IMG/VR virus record: IMGVR_UViG_3300002460_000024
Location: 1 to 64,000 of that record
Length of the DNA stretch: 64,000 nucleotides
Origin: a virus
Reading direction: 5' to 3' (one strand)
A model generated the notes under the pieces. That model saw nothing but the letters and a program-made list of their open reading frames with translations. It did not search any database and was not told the DNA's origin. The position numbers and the translations under genes were made by a program. Shown piece by piece: positions 52,066-62,732 of the stretch; the first letter of the stretch is position 1; every line of letters begins with the position of its first letter.

Positions 52066-52727
52066 TATCTAAACCTTAGGTATTTAGAATTATCACTCAA
52101 ACTTTTTAAATACTTTAAAAATTGCGGATTAATCCCGTCGCCATTCCAATCACCCGTCGCTGGTGGAGCGCCTCCACCACCCGTTGCACCACCTCCGGCA
52201 CCACCATAAGAGTAATACCCTGCAATATCTCCAACGCCCTTCATTACATTGCTTGCTCCTGCTTGAATCAGTGCGCTTGAGGCTGCATTTTCAGAATCTA
52301 TTACATCATTCTCTCCAGCTTGCTTCATGTTCTGCTGGCCTGAATACCATTTTTGGGTATTGATTAAATTTTGTTGATTACTTGCGTAATACCTGGCAGC
52401 ATCCACCGCCAAATTCCTTTTAGCGCCTGCCTCTGCTCCGTAAATATTTGCCAAGGCCCCTATCCCGGCCCCTCCAGCCCCTAACTTCTCCAAAACCTTT
52501 GTGCTGTTGGCTGTTCTTTCTCCTAACTGGGTTTCGTAAATATCCTGACCCGGAAGCTTCCTTTGACCGGCTAAATTTTTAGCAGCATTAAGGGCGTCAG
52601 TAGCAGCACTCGGAATTTCATTTTTTTTCTTTTGGGCATCACCGGCCTTTACTGCTCCGGCTACCGCTTGGCCTACTCCAACTCCAGCAGCGATTAGTGC
52701 TGGTAACATTGCAAGAAATGCTGCCAT
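52065..52727 (-). CDS. Putative ejection/pilot protein
   Basis: Ala/Gly-rich hydrophobic N-terminus and Gln-rich coil. Confidence 0.55.
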   Translation of the reverse strand: MAAFLAMLPALIAAGVGVGQAVAGAVKAGDAQKKKNEIPSAATDALNAAKNLAGQRKLPGQDIYETQLGERTANSTKVLEKLGAGGAGIGALANIYGAEAGAKRNLAVDAARYYASNQQNLINTQKWYSGQQNMKQAGENDVIDSENAASSALIQAGASNVMKGVGDIAGYYSYGGAGGGATGGGGAPPATGDWNGDGINPQFLKYLKSLSDNSKYLRFR

Positions 52728-52770
52728 AATTAATATATTTGTCCAAAGTTATAAATTATTTTCATACTAT

Positions 52771-53133
52771 ATGGCTGCGTTTTTGGGTTTAATTAAGGAT
52801 GACGCGATCTATCCTTGTTCTGGTTGTGGTGCCTGTTGCAAAAGAATCGATAAAGTTGAAGTCTTTTTAAAGTTAGTAAATGATCCTAAAAACGAGCTTT
52901 CCTTTCCCTATACGTGGGACGAAACCGGAAGATGTGAAAAACTTACCGATGATAATAAATGCTCTGTATACGAGGATCGCCCTTTGGTTTGTAATATGGA
53001 CAGATTAATGACGTTTCTCCACATCCCCAAACAAGAATTCTACGAAAAAAACATCAAGAATTGTAATTCAATGATGGATCAGGATGGGATAGCTAAAGAA
53101 TTTAGGATTAAATTGTCTCCTCCGAAGGGGTAA
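52771..53133 (+). CDS. YkgJ-family CxxCxxCC Fe-S/Zn cluster protein
   Basis: CSGCGACC...C..L...CSVYEDRPLVC. Confidence 0.85.
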   Translation: MAAFLGLIKDDAIYPCSGCGACCKRIDKVEVFLKLVNDPKNELSFPYTWDETGRCEKLTDDNKCSVYEDRPLVCNMDRLMTFLHIPKQEFYEKNIKNCNSMMDQDGIAKEFRIKLSPPKG

Positions 53134-56100
53134 CATAAATATTCAGAGCCTTAAAATATACCAAACCAGTCTCGGTATTGGTCATCACAAGCTCTATTGT
53201 TTCACCACGTAGCCTACGTCCGTTTAACAACGCAATGATTGCTGAATTAGAGTATTTTGGATCATTCTTATCTCTTAAAAACGGAGCATGCCATACCCCT
53301 TCTTTAGCAACGAATCGGGCCGCAGGAATGCTTGACAGCATACCATTGGGATAGTTGGCGGTAGCCGGAATATTTATCGTAGGTATCTCCCATGCAATGT
53401 TCGAATAAACATCAAGATTCTGAAAGACCTTAATGGTATTGCGACCAATGTTTGCCACCACCCTAATTTCCTGACCATACTGTACCCCAAAGAAGTTATT
53501 TCTAAGTGCATTTGTATAGTGCAAATAAGGCTGTCCCGCTTTAAACGCAACCATTGATTTTCCTAATGTTTCATACCACTCAGGGACATAAGACATAAAA
53601 GACTTCCACCTATTTGTGGGCTCATGAAAAACAATGGTTTGTGACAATAACGGCGTCTCCCTCAAATCCTCCACAGTAAAGGTGTATAAAGATGAAAACT
53701 CATCCCAACAAGAAATAATACTAAAGTTCTCCTCGCCAGCAGTTCTAATAGCTTTACAAAGATCCCTAAAGTATTTTGCCATTTTAAACGGGTCCTGGGC
53801 ATTATCATCATCACCAGATATTGGGAGGGGCTTGTTACCTGCATCCCTTATCACCACTCCATTTAATAGGTCTAAAAAATATCCGGTTCGTATGGCTTGA
53901 GAATCGGAGCCTGGGGATGACGTTCCATAGAACTCCTCATAAATATTGGGGGCGCTCAAAAACTCATCACTTTGCCCTACATTATCAGACCCCTTATTTA
54001 CATTCAACATCTCCTTGTCTATATAGAAGGAGGTTAGTTTATTTTTCTGTCTCACCTTGAGGGTGTCACCCACTTCGCGGATCTTATGAATGTTATTGTA
54101 CTTCTCAGATAGGTTGACATAGGATACGGCCAACACTGTTGATAACTCATTAATAAGTGTGTTTTCAAACAGTTTTCCAGACCAGCGAATACGAGAAATG
54201 TATTGTTTTCTCCCTAGTATTTCTAGGTTCGAGTTCACTCTTCCATCATTATAGGTTGTAGAGGGATAATCATCTGAAAAATCATCACACTCTATCCACG
54301 GGTAAACTGTTTGGTTGGCTCTAAAAAAAATACCCCAAAAATCAATAAAGGTATTATTCGGCAAATTAGGTACAAATGACCCTCCATTTTGTTTTAAATA
54401 AGAATATTGATTATTCTGAAAAAGAGTAAATGGTAGATAGTTTACTTGCGAAGAAAAATTATTAACACTATCATACATAATAATATTAATGTTATTAAGG
54501 TCGGCACCATTAAAAGCAGGAAGATATGTTTCTATAAACGATATGTAGGCGCCCGAGGCAACCGTATATATGTCTGATTTTCCATAAAGAGGAGTAAAAA
54601 TAATATTTTGTAAAAAAATTATTTTATTATCTAATACGCTTTTCTTTCTGCGCAAATAACAATCAAACCCATAAACATCAACTATTGCAGGAAGTGAGCC
54701 AATTACCTGATCTTGAAAAGGAGCTTTATGGTATCTCGCAGCAAGGTTAGGGTTGCCAATTTCAAACTTTTCTCCAATCTCAAAAAATACTTTATTTTCT
54801 GTTGTGTCTCTGTTTACGTTATAAATTTCTAGAATAAACCAATGCTGAGACCACGCTATTTCATGAGAAAATGGAACATTTTGAAGCGGATCTGTTACCG
54901 CAAAAGCGGCAGCATGGGCTACATAATTTTGCATATCTATCGCGTCCTCTGGGCTTATCTTTATGTTTCCAGCTACAAAGTCTTGTATTTTGTAATTAAA
55001 CCCACATACAGCTTGGGTGTACATTGTACTAATTGAATCTGTAAAAGGAAGGTTAAAGTCTTGACTCAACATTTCATTATGCGAAAATATACCGGCATTG
55101 CTTACAGAATTAAAAAAGCTAAGAAGGCCAACCGGACCACTACCATCCTCTTGAGATTTTGTTCCAGATATAAGTCTTATGTAATCTCCATCATCTAAAC
55201 TATAATTTACTTCTGGAGGTAATTTTATATTTCCTGCAACTACATCAAACTCTTGTGTTGTAACAACAAATTGTTTCTTTTTTATATATCGTAGGTCCTT
55301 GGTAATAACGGGTGCCCAATGAGTAGCCCATGATGGAGGGGCACTATCTATTGATAACCTCATTTTTAATGGATCACCTAACATACCAGCCATAGGATTA
55401 GCTATATCCTGGTCGATAGATGGCGCCAATAATAAATACTCATCTTTAGTATTAACAACACCAGATCGCCCAGCTCTATCATAATATACAAAGCCATACT
55501 GATATAAACCTAACTGTTTGAATGTCGGTATAGGATATTGATTATCTACGGATGTTCCCCATGGTATGTTGTTGGGATTTAGTGGACTTATAACATCAGG
55601 GCTAGTGGTTCTTATACTAAGGGTTTTGTCGTAACGAATATATTCTCCCGTAGCAATAGTGTCTACATTATCATAATCCTCCACAATATCCGCATCTGTT
55701 ATTCTTCCACCAACAATATCTTGGCATTTTGATATTTGAGGTACATAGTCAAACGGACGTAAAAAATCTACAGAGGGTAAATTTTCTTTATATGCTAGAC
55801 CATTATAAATGAACTCATAAGACGAATTATCTGGAATGCTTAATTCTGCTTTATTTAACCTACTTATTATAAAATAAGATTGAGCTCCATCCACGTTTTG
55901 AATTGCCCCCCTTACCGCAATTTCAATTTCTGTTACAATTTCAGAACCGCTTTGTAATGTTACGCCAACGGTATTTTCAAATAACTCAAATGGATTATTG
56001 TTCTTGTAAGAATAAATAGGCAAAAGAACTTGTGATAATGTAGCCCACGTAGAAACCTCTTTATCATCAAAAATATATCTATAGGTAACCTGAACCATCT

Positions 56101-56710
56101 TTCCATATAGATAATTTTCAATTTGTGCAGGGTCATATATGTAACGTAATGTTGCGGGTGTATTTGGTTGGTATTTAATTCTATCTAAATCCTCAAAAGT
56201 TAATGGTGTATAGCCTCCTGTTCTGGCCTTCTCAATATTTATTTTACGCGGGGGATTAAACTGCAATAGGTTATTAATATCGTATTCATAGCTCTCAAAC
56301 CATCCGTCAGTCCAATATAAAAGGCCATTAATTACGTTGGCCCCATAAATCCTCTGATTTTCTTGAAAGTTTAAAAGTGGATCTTCTAAAATAAGTTGAT
56401 CTACTCCTGTATCTGGAAAGAATCTTCTAATTTGATGAAACCCATTTACGTTGTAGTTGAAATAAATTATAGCGTTGTTTTCTATATCCTTACAACTTCC
56501 AATACAGAATGTTTTACCTGTAGGCGGTGTGTGTGAATACAACGTATTGCCCTTTATGTTTTGAATATCCCCAAGTAACCCGTCATCTGTAGAGTCATTA
56601 ATGCAATTCAATCGATACCTAGAATCACCGGGAGCCATCAATCTCTGATCGCTATCCTGATCCAGGCCCGTAAACTTGAATTCTATGGTCTGTTGGCGGT
56701 TATCCTGCAT
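53108..56710 (-). CDS. Tail stabilisation/muzzle protein (crAss-like)
   Basis: GLDQDSD, IQNIKGN, LYWTDG..NPPRKINI, YGFVYYDRAGR, WKSFMSYVPE, NNFFGVQY, KEG. Confidence 0.8.
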   Translation of the reverse strand: MQDNRQQTIEFKFTGLDQDSDQRLMAPGDSRYRLNCINDSTDDGLLGDIQNIKGNTLYSHTPPTGKTFCIGSCKDIENNAIIYFNYNVNGFHQIRRFFPDTGVDQLILEDPLLNFQENQRIYGANVINGLLYWTDGWFESYEYDINNLLQFNPPRKINIEKARTGGYTPLTFEDLDRIKYQPNTPATLRYIYDPAQIENYLYGKMVQVTYRYIFDDKEVSTWATLSQVLLPIYSYKNNNPFELFENTVGVTLQSGSEIVTEIEIAVRGAIQNVDGAQSYFIISRLNKAELSIPDNSSYEFIYNGLAYKENLPSVDFLRPFDYVPQISKCQDIVGGRITDADIVEDYDNVDTIATGEYIRYDKTLSIRTTSPDVISPLNPNNIPWGTSVDNQYPIPTFKQLGLYQYGFVYYDRAGRSGVVNTKDEYLLLAPSIDQDIANPMAGMLGDPLKMRLSIDSAPPSWATHWAPVITKDLRYIKKKQFVVTTQEFDVVAGNIKLPPEVNYSLDDGDYIRLISGTKSQEDGSGPVGLLSFFNSVSNAGIFSHNEMLSQDFNLPFTDSISTMYTQAVCGFNYKIQDFVAGNIKISPEDAIDMQNYVAHAAAFAVTDPLQNVPFSHEIAWSQHWFILEIYNVNRDTTENKVFFEIGEKFEIGNPNLAARYHKAPFQDQVIGSLPAIVDVYGFDCYLRRKKSVLDNKIIFLQNIIFTPLYGKSDIYTVASGAYISFIETYLPAFNGADLNNINIIMYDSVNNFSSQVNYLPFTLFQNNQYSYLKQNGGSFVPNLPNNTFIDFWGIFFRANQTVYPWIECDDFSDDYPSTTYNDGRVNSNLEILGRKQYISRIRWSGKLFENTLINELSTVLAVSYVNLSEKYNNIHKIREVGDTLKVRQKNKLTSFYIDKEMLNVNKGSDNVGQSDEFLSAPNIYEEFYGTSSPGSDSQAIRTGYFLDLLNGVVIRDAGNKPLPISGDDDNAQDPFKMAKYFRDLCKAIRTAGEENFSIISCWDEFSSLYTFTVEDLRETPLLSQTIVFHEPTNRWKSFMSYVPEWYETLGKSMVAFKAGQPYLHYTNALRNNFFGVQYGQEIRVVANIGRNTIKVFQNLDVYSNIAWEIPTINIPATANYPNGMLSSIPAARFVAKEGVWHAPFLRDKNDPKYSNSAIIALLNGRRLRGETIELVMTNTETGLVYFKALNIYVTPSEETI

Positions 56711-57036
56711 TATAATTTATCCAAAAATTCAAAGTATTTGCTTTTTAATATAGTTATTTCAGCATCATTAAAGGTAGGTTTCCATCTTGGCTCTGAGCCT
56801 ATAATATAATTATCTAAATCCAAAGAAACAGACTCAATAGCATATCTAATAAATGCGATTTTATCAAGATTAATCTTTTGTTCTTCAATTATTAGCCTTT
56901 TAGGTTCGCTCTCAAATACAAATTGAAATTCTTTCTTTATTTGTAGCTTTTTAAGCTCATTGTCTAATTCAAATTGAGAATTATTTACAGGTGCTGTCGT
57001 AGTGTCTTTCTTTTTTCTATTAAAAATCTTCATATT

Positions 57037-57789
57037 TTATCTCTTAGGGCTTTGTTTCCAAGTTCCGTAAAGAATATCTTTGAACTCATCCATTGTAATA
57101 GCTTGGTCTAAAGATTCCAATTCATTCTCATCACCAAAATAAACAGAGGCCCAATTGGTTTGAGATTGGATTACTCCATACTTCTGAGCTTCCATCATAC
57201 ACCAGCTTAATAAGGCCTCATTCATTTGTTGTCTTATCATTGTGACGCCATTAATCCTAACACCACTCGTTTTATACTCCACAACAACTGCCGTTCCTTG
57301 AGGAAGGCCTGAAACCAACAGCCGATTATTTTGACGATCTATATTGTAATAACCCACATTATATCCTCCGGTTAAGTTATAAGGAGTACTTAAATACCCT
57401 CCCCATAACACAAACGAAGAACCATATCCAAAGAGGGTTGGTGTAGCTGCGTTCTCTGCCGTTAATACTGCTGAATCATCGGCCCCACAAGTCTCGTGCG
57501 GATATGGCATTATGTTGGAATCTAAGGTCAATGAATGAAAAACACCTTGATTATTCACCACTCCAACTTGTACGTAATCAATATAATCGGATGGCAACTC
57601 AATAATATTTGTGCTTCCAACTTCCAAATAAGCAACATTGGAAGTTCGAAGATTAAAAATATTCATTTTTGTAATTCCCTTTGTAACCATGTGGAACCAG
57701 TAATCATAATTGGTTAATGAGTAATCCTGGCCCCTATATTGGAGGTCCATTACTACTTCGTCGATGGTTAAAAATCCGTTGGTATACAT
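57037..57789 (-). CDS. Tail ring/adaptor protein
   Basis: LPSDYIDYVQVG motif; position in the module. Confidence 0.65.
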   Translation of the reverse strand: MYTNGFLTIDEVVMDLQYRGQDYSLTNYDYWFHMVTKGITKMNIFNLRTSNVAYLEVGSTNIIELPSDYIDYVQVGVVNNQGVFHSLTLDSNIMPYPHETCGADDSAVLTAENAATPTLFGYGSSFVLWGGYLSTPYNLTGGYNVGYYNIDRQNNRLLVSGLPQGTAVVVEYKTSGVRINGVTMIRQQMNEALLSWCMMEAQKYGVIQSQTNWASVYFGDENELESLDQAITMDEFKDILYGTWKQSPKR

Positions 57790-58445
57790 TATACTACAGT
57801 ATTGTCTTCTGTTTGTTTTGTTGGTGGCATTGGAATAAGGTTCTGCTTTACGTAATCATAGATGGTAAATAATCCGTTTTTAGTCATCATAGAGGGCTCG
57901 TCCACTTCATCCACATCACTCAATGCATCAAAAGTAGGGATGAGTCTCATTATCAAATCTTCAATAACCACTATAGGAAACTCAAACCAAACTCTTTTTG
58001 TTCCTTCTAATCGATAAGTAAATCTTGTGTTTATTTGACTTACGGTTAAAGATGATCTTATTACACTAGCAACACTAGTTACCAGAACACCGGCGCCAGC
58101 CTCATTGGTTAGTGGAGTAATTAGCCTTATTCCGGAATTATCTTTTAAAACAATAATGTCAGCAGGTAAATCACAATAGTATTTTTGTCTCTCAGTGTTA
58201 TATTGCACCACTACAGGGTTGTCTGTAGAGGGTGTATATGTGACGCTATAGTTGTCAAGCAAAAATTCATCTTTCTTGGTCATTCCGGTTCTAGACTGCT
58301 CAAAAGCAGAAGCAATTAAAGAGTCATATCCCCTAGCTAATACGTTTCTTACTAACCATCTGGGATAACGGGATTTTTGGTCGGCTGTCATTACGCCGCC
58401 AGCAAGCATAGCTTCTGCTGTTTCAAGTATCTCAATCTTTTTCAT
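57789..58445 (-). CDS. Tail ring/adaptor protein
   Basis: YCDLPADII.L...GIR; position in the module. Confidence 0.55.
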   Translation of the reverse strand: MKKIEILETAEAMLAGGVMTADQKSRYPRWLVRNVLARGYDSLIASAFEQSRTGMTKKDEFLLDNYSVTYTPSTDNPVVVQYNTERQKYYCDLPADIIVLKDNSGIRLITPLTNEAGAGVLVTSVASVIRSSLTVSQINTRFTYRLEGTKRVWFEFPIVVIEDLIMRLIPTFDALSDVDEVDEPSMMTKNGLFTIYDYVKQNLIPMPPTKQTEDNTVV

Positions 58446-59248
58446 GCATCCTTGCCCTCCCTTGCAGCAGCCATTCCTTTCATAAATTGGGATCTTAAAT
58501 TTTCACTCATTAAATCAACTATTGCGTTGGCAAAATCTCCCCATAAATATTCTTTTACAATAAGCTCTTGAGATAAAGATGGGAAAGTGCCAGTGATTGC
58601 ACCAGTTCTATACACGTTAGCAGCCGTGGCCGTAAAATTTGTATCTGGTGGAATATAAACTTCGGTAGCCGTAGCCACAACTATATAATAATCATAAAAA
58701 GGCTGTGGAGGTGTTTTAAGGTACGCAAATCTTGCGCCCCCTATATCCTTTGGCCTAAACTCAATAACTCCGTTCTGGAAGTTGCAGTAAGGTTCAGCGG
58801 CCCCATTTTTATTCCTTGAGTAGTGGGTAAGGTATTCGCTAAATTGTTGGTCGGTGCAAACTTCGACTGCAGGCATTTTATCGTCATCACATCCTGGTTG
58901 TGCAAAAAATCCATTTAAGGCTGAGTAATGGAAGTAATCTGTCGGCAGCGTCGCAATGCCATTACTGTTAACACTTAATACACCAGGATCGTCCGGTCCA
59001 TTTCCTCCCATTACTACCTTTAAAGGTGATAAATCATCTGTCATTAATTGCGTCGTCTCAAATGCAAAATTTGGCATTTTTGTACCAGGAAGCCAGTTTG
59101 TTGGTATTCCGTATCGCTTATTAAGAAAAGTATAGAAGAAAAAAGGTAGATCAATATTAAGTTGATCAAGCCCATACACGCCTCCAGATTGCTCCTTGTT
59201 TAACCTTGAATAGGCGTGTTGCAATATGGAATCTAATGTCATTGCCAT
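58442..59248 (-). CDS. Tail ring/adaptor protein
   Basis: LNKEQSGG, LPTDY, YLKTP. Confidence 0.65.
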   Translation of the reverse strand: MAMTLDSILQHAYSRLNKEQSGGVYGLDQLNIDLPFFFYTFLNKRYGIPTNWLPGTKMPNFAFETTQLMTDDLSPLKVVMGGNGPDDPGVLSVNSNGIATLPTDYFHYSALNGFFAQPGCDDDKMPAVEVCTDQQFSEYLTHYSRNKNGAAEPYCNFQNGVIEFRPKDIGGARFAYLKTPPQPFYDYYIVVATATEVYIPPDTNFTATAANVYRTGAITGTFPSLSQELIVKEYLWGDFANAIVDLMSENLRSQFMKGMAAAREGKDA

Positions 59249-61407
59249 TACGCTATTCTAACAAATCTTGCGGAAACGTTACCTAATGTTATTGCTTGAC
59301 CTACTGGCGTTACCCTTAGTTTTACCACATCTGCGTCTACAAGAGCCTCTAGTGTTGTAATTGCATATAAATAATATTCTGTAGCGGATAAAGCTGCGTT
59401 ATATTGGTTTTCTGCATTTACATTAATAATGGTTCCGTTTTTAATAATCTGAATAACAACACTTGTGGGAGCTACCGTAGTTGCAAATTGGCCCGTTACG
59501 TCAATCATATAAGTTCCAACCGTTCCTGCCGTGGTTGTAAACAGGGTAGTGTCGGTGCTTGATCCAGCGGGACATGAAATTCCATCTGTGGGCTCTACCA
59601 AAGAACTTTTAATAAACTGCCACCCTTTTGCTCCTAAATAATCCGTTCCATAAAATCTAATTGCCCCTGGGGAAGCAGAGTCACCCACCAATTGCAATGA
59701 CTTCGTTGTTCCGTCTATTGTAATTGATTCTTCGTACTGTGTTGTTCCTTCCCAAAAATAACTGGTTATTGCCCCAACCACTCTTTTATATTTCTTAAAG
59801 GCCATTCCTTCTGCTGTAGAAACAATATTATAACTGTCTGTTAACGCTGTTCCTGTAGCATTTTGGGATAATGTGATAGTACCTACTCCGATTGTTTGAA
59901 TATGAGTGTTTAAAGGAAAGTTTGTAGCATTAATTGGGTCCCCTTGAGCAAGATCAGCTAAGGCGCCTCCCGTAAACGAAATATTTGTCAAAATAGGAGA
60001 TCCACTAGCACAGTCAGCGGTAAACTGAATTCCAGTATCAAATGAAGTTGAAACCGCACCTACCGATATTCCCAATTTCATTGCATTTACCAAATTGGTT
60101 ACAACTGTTGGGTTTGCCGCAATATATGTCGCAATTAAGTTACCTACTTGTGTAGTGTCAAGTGTAAATGTGGCTGTAGTGGTTGATCCTACAGTTACTT
60201 GTCCAATATTTATATAAACATCACCCTCAACAAGAACGAGATTGTCACCAGAAACAATGATATTGTAAAGGGCTACGATTTGCGTAGATACACCTGTGTC
60301 ACTACAGTTATTACAACAATTTTCGTCAGCTAAATATGTTTTCATGTTAGCTACAGCAGTATCAATTACCGTAGTGTCTCCACATTTTACACCTAAAGAA
60401 TACATCATGAAGGCCCCCAATACCTTGTTATAAGTAACCAGGGCATTAATCATGGTGTTTAAATTACCTCCAGCCGCCGGAGTTGCTGCTAAAAATCTAT
60501 TTGTAGCGGCGGTTAAGCAGCTTGACATACAGCATAAAGAATCGTCACAGTTTACATCAATCGATTTCGATCCCGTAACTGAGGTTTCAATAAACAGCCC
60601 AGATGGTAACTCATAAAGTAATGTTGAAACAACACTTGCTACCCACGTTTGAGTCCATAATTCAGTTGTAGAAAATGGCGCCGTTGTGCTGGTTGTTGTA
60701 GCATATACCGGACTTCCACCAGAGTTGTTTGGAGAGATTAATGTATAAAGGTGAGTGTTTGTGGTTGGTTGTATTGACTGCCCCTCACAGGTAATTGAGT
60801 AATCAGTATCTTCATCTACCTCTAAATTTGCCGTTGCACATTCTGCAGTTAAAATTAATGAAGGTGTTGGTGCCGTATAGCAATAAGTAAAGGTTCCTAT
60901 CGTTATTATTTCTTCATCAAAGGTTATAGTTCCCGTTACGGTTGTATCTACTAGTGATTGAGTTAAAACAAGTACAGTGGCCGCTCCAGAAGATATTGAG
61001 GCTATTGTATAAGTTCCTGCATTTGCCCCACCGGTCCAAGTTAATGTTTGTCCTACGGTGAAATTATCCAACAAGGACAATGGCATTGTAATTTGATTTG
61101 GGGATAAACTTGCGGTTAGCGCTGATAATGCTTTTGTTACCCTGGTTGTGGTGGTTAAAATATAACTTCCCTGAGGAATAGCCCCACCCACCAAAGGAAT
61201 TGTAATATCTTTCTCTAGGGTCGAAGGGTAATTAAAGTCTGGGGATGCAAAACTTGTATTGTTATAAATGGTTGCAGATGGACCTTCCAGCTTTAAAACA
61301 CTTTTCGAATCAGAGAAATATGTAATTGCCGAATAATCTGTTTCGTCCTCTGCCTGAAAATTGTTTGTTGCTGTTTGTATCGTTGACTTTATTGAGATAG
61401 TATCCAT
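59248..61407 (-). CDS. Tail fibre/hub-like structural protein
   Basis: Thr-rich beta segments, central Cys cluster, LQLVGDSASPG...YGTD..G.KGW. Confidence 0.55.
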   Translation of the reverse strand: MDTISIKSTIQTATNNFQAEDETDYSAITYFSDSKSVLKLEGPSATIYNNTSFASPDFNYPSTLEKDITIPLVGGAIPQGSYILTTTTRVTKALSALTASLSPNQITMPLSLLDNFTVGQTLTWTGGANAGTYTIASISSGAATVLVLTQSLVDTTVTGTITFDEEIITIGTFTYCYTAPTPSLILTAECATANLEVDEDTDYSITCEGQSIQPTTNTHLYTLISPNNSGGSPVYATTTSTTAPFSTTELWTQTWVASVVSTLLYELPSGLFIETSVTGSKSIDVNCDDSLCCMSSCLTAATNRFLAATPAAGGNLNTMINALVTYNKVLGAFMMYSLGVKCGDTTVIDTAVANMKTYLADENCCNNCSDTGVSTQIVALYNIIVSGDNLVLVEGDVYINIGQVTVGSTTTATFTLDTTQVGNLIATYIAANPTVVTNLVNAMKLGISVGAVSTSFDTGIQFTADCASGSPILTNISFTGGALADLAQGDPINATNFPLNTHIQTIGVGTITLSQNATGTALTDSYNIVSTAEGMAFKKYKRVVGAITSYFWEGTTQYEESITIDGTTKSLQLVGDSASPGAIRFYGTDYLGAKGWQFIKSSLVEPTDGISCPAGSSTDTTLFTTTAGTVGTYMIDVTGQFATTVAPTSVVIQIIKNGTIINVNAENQYNAALSATEYYLYAITTLEALVDADVVKLRVTPVGQAITLGNVSARFVRIA

Positions 61408-61446
61408 CTTGGAATAATTTTCTCAAATGTAATGAAATGGTTTTAA

Positions 61447-61478
61447 ATAATAAAGGGGCTGTTAAGCCCCTTTATTAT
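61447..61478. terminator. Bidirectional terminator
   Basis: ataataaaggggct/agcccctttattat perfect stem. Confidence 0.85.
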
Positions 61479-61479
61479 C

Positions 61480-62622
61480 TTATTTTTCTTTCTTTGGCCT
61501 ACCCTTTGGTTTGGTTGCTTTTGGCGACGCAATTAATGTGGTAGTATCTGCCGGAGGTGTGCTAGATGCCACTAATTCCGTTGTGGACTCCTCATTAGTT
61601 TCGTCACCCCAACCCATTAAGCCCTCTAATCTTTCTCTAGCTTCAATATCTAATTTAAGGAATGATATTAAGGCATTAACTTTAATAGGGGCAGCGTCAT
61701 CTACTGGGCAGAAATTGGCAATAATATTACCATTGCTCTTAATAACCCACTGTTTACGGCTGGTATCATGCTCAAGGATTCCTTTATCCACGGCCTCTGT
61801 AATCAGTTCCCGAAGTTCCTGGTCTGGGCCCTTTTTCTGACCAAGCAAAACAATATACTCGTAACCTTTGATCAACGGGTCTCCAGAAAGTACTCTAGCA
61901 CTTTCATCCTTGGCCGCCTCAAGCAAAATAGCTTTCCTTAATTGGTCGTTATTACGGTATTGCTTTAAAGGAAGGTTTAAAAATCTACCAATACTTTCAA
62001 GCTGTTCGATAGTAAAGCCACCGTCTCCAGCCTCTTCATTCACCAAAAACTCAGCTTTTCTTTTGAATCTTCCACCCATTCTTTCTGCTGTAGCATCTTT
62101 TTCTGGGGTGGTAATTTCAAAAATAAAATCTTTTGTTGTATTGGCGTGGGCATTTAAAGAGTTTTTCACTTTGCGGCAAATTACGCTCAAGAACCAATAT
62201 TTCTCATAATCCTGTTGTTCTAAAATAGCTGTGTTTTGTTTGTTGGTGCCCCCTATAGAAAAATAGGGCGGTTTAAAATTTTCCAATGTATCAATGGTAC
62301 GAGTGCTTTGGGTGGCCGTTTCGTAATACCTTACCTTGTGATGATCGGCTGATCGAGCATTCTTATTAAAATCAATACCGGCGATCATTCCCTTAAACTC
62401 ATCATCTTTTTCTGAGCGAAGGATGGTCCCATAAAATGTATCGCTAAACTCCACGTTTCCCATGTGGGGACCTACCGTAATTACTACATTTTCATCCTTG
62501 GTTTTGAGTTGAGAAAGAAGCTCTTTAGGGCTTTGAATATACCTTCCGTCACCGATTTCATCTTTTTGTTTTCTTGCATAGTCTGGATGCAGTGCATCTT
62601 TTTTACCATCTACTAATAACAT
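61480..62622 (-). CDS. Conserved protein downstream of the capsid gene
   Basis: Likely start MLLVDG at 62622, after a terminator and a TATATTTG box (62657-62664). Confidence 0.6.
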   Translation of the reverse strand: MLLVDGKKDALHPDYARKQKDEIGDGRYIQSPKELLSQLKTKDENVVITVGPHMGNVEFSDTFYGTILRSEKDDEFKGMIAGIDFNKNARSADHHKVRYYETATQSTRTIDTLENFKPPYFSIGGTNKQNTAILEQQDYEKYWFLSVICRKVKNSLNAHANTTKDFIFEITTPEKDATAERMGGRFKRKAEFLVNEEAGDGGFTIEQLESIGRFLNLPLKQYRNNDQLRKAILLEAAKDESARVLSGDPLIKGYEYIVLLGQKKGPDQELRELITEAVDKGILEHDTSRKQWVIKSNGNIIANFCPVDDAAPIKVNALISFLKLDIEARERLEGLMGWGDETNEESTTELVASSTPPADTTTLIASPKATKPKGRPKKEK

Positions 62623-62680
62623 ATAAATAAAGTTTAAATTTTTACCACTTATAGGGCAAATATAGCAGTTTTTCGCAAAC

Positions 62681-62713
62681 AAAAAAGCCCCGATATACAC
62701 CGGGGCTTTTTTT
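62681..62713 (-). terminator. Terminator after the major capsid gene
   Basis: aaaaaagccccg/cggggctttttt. Confidence 0.85.
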
Positions 62714-62732
62714 ATATGGAAAAAATGGGTAC

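Larger units (their letters stand above)
778..61537. repeat. Dispersed motif GGYGACGnnATTAAT, about 50 copies by eye
   Basis: Examples at 866, 3749, 4356, 4687, 5313, 9977, 18801, 21755, 22464, 23044, 34713, 38144, 50265, 52128, 61523. Confidence 0.9.
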
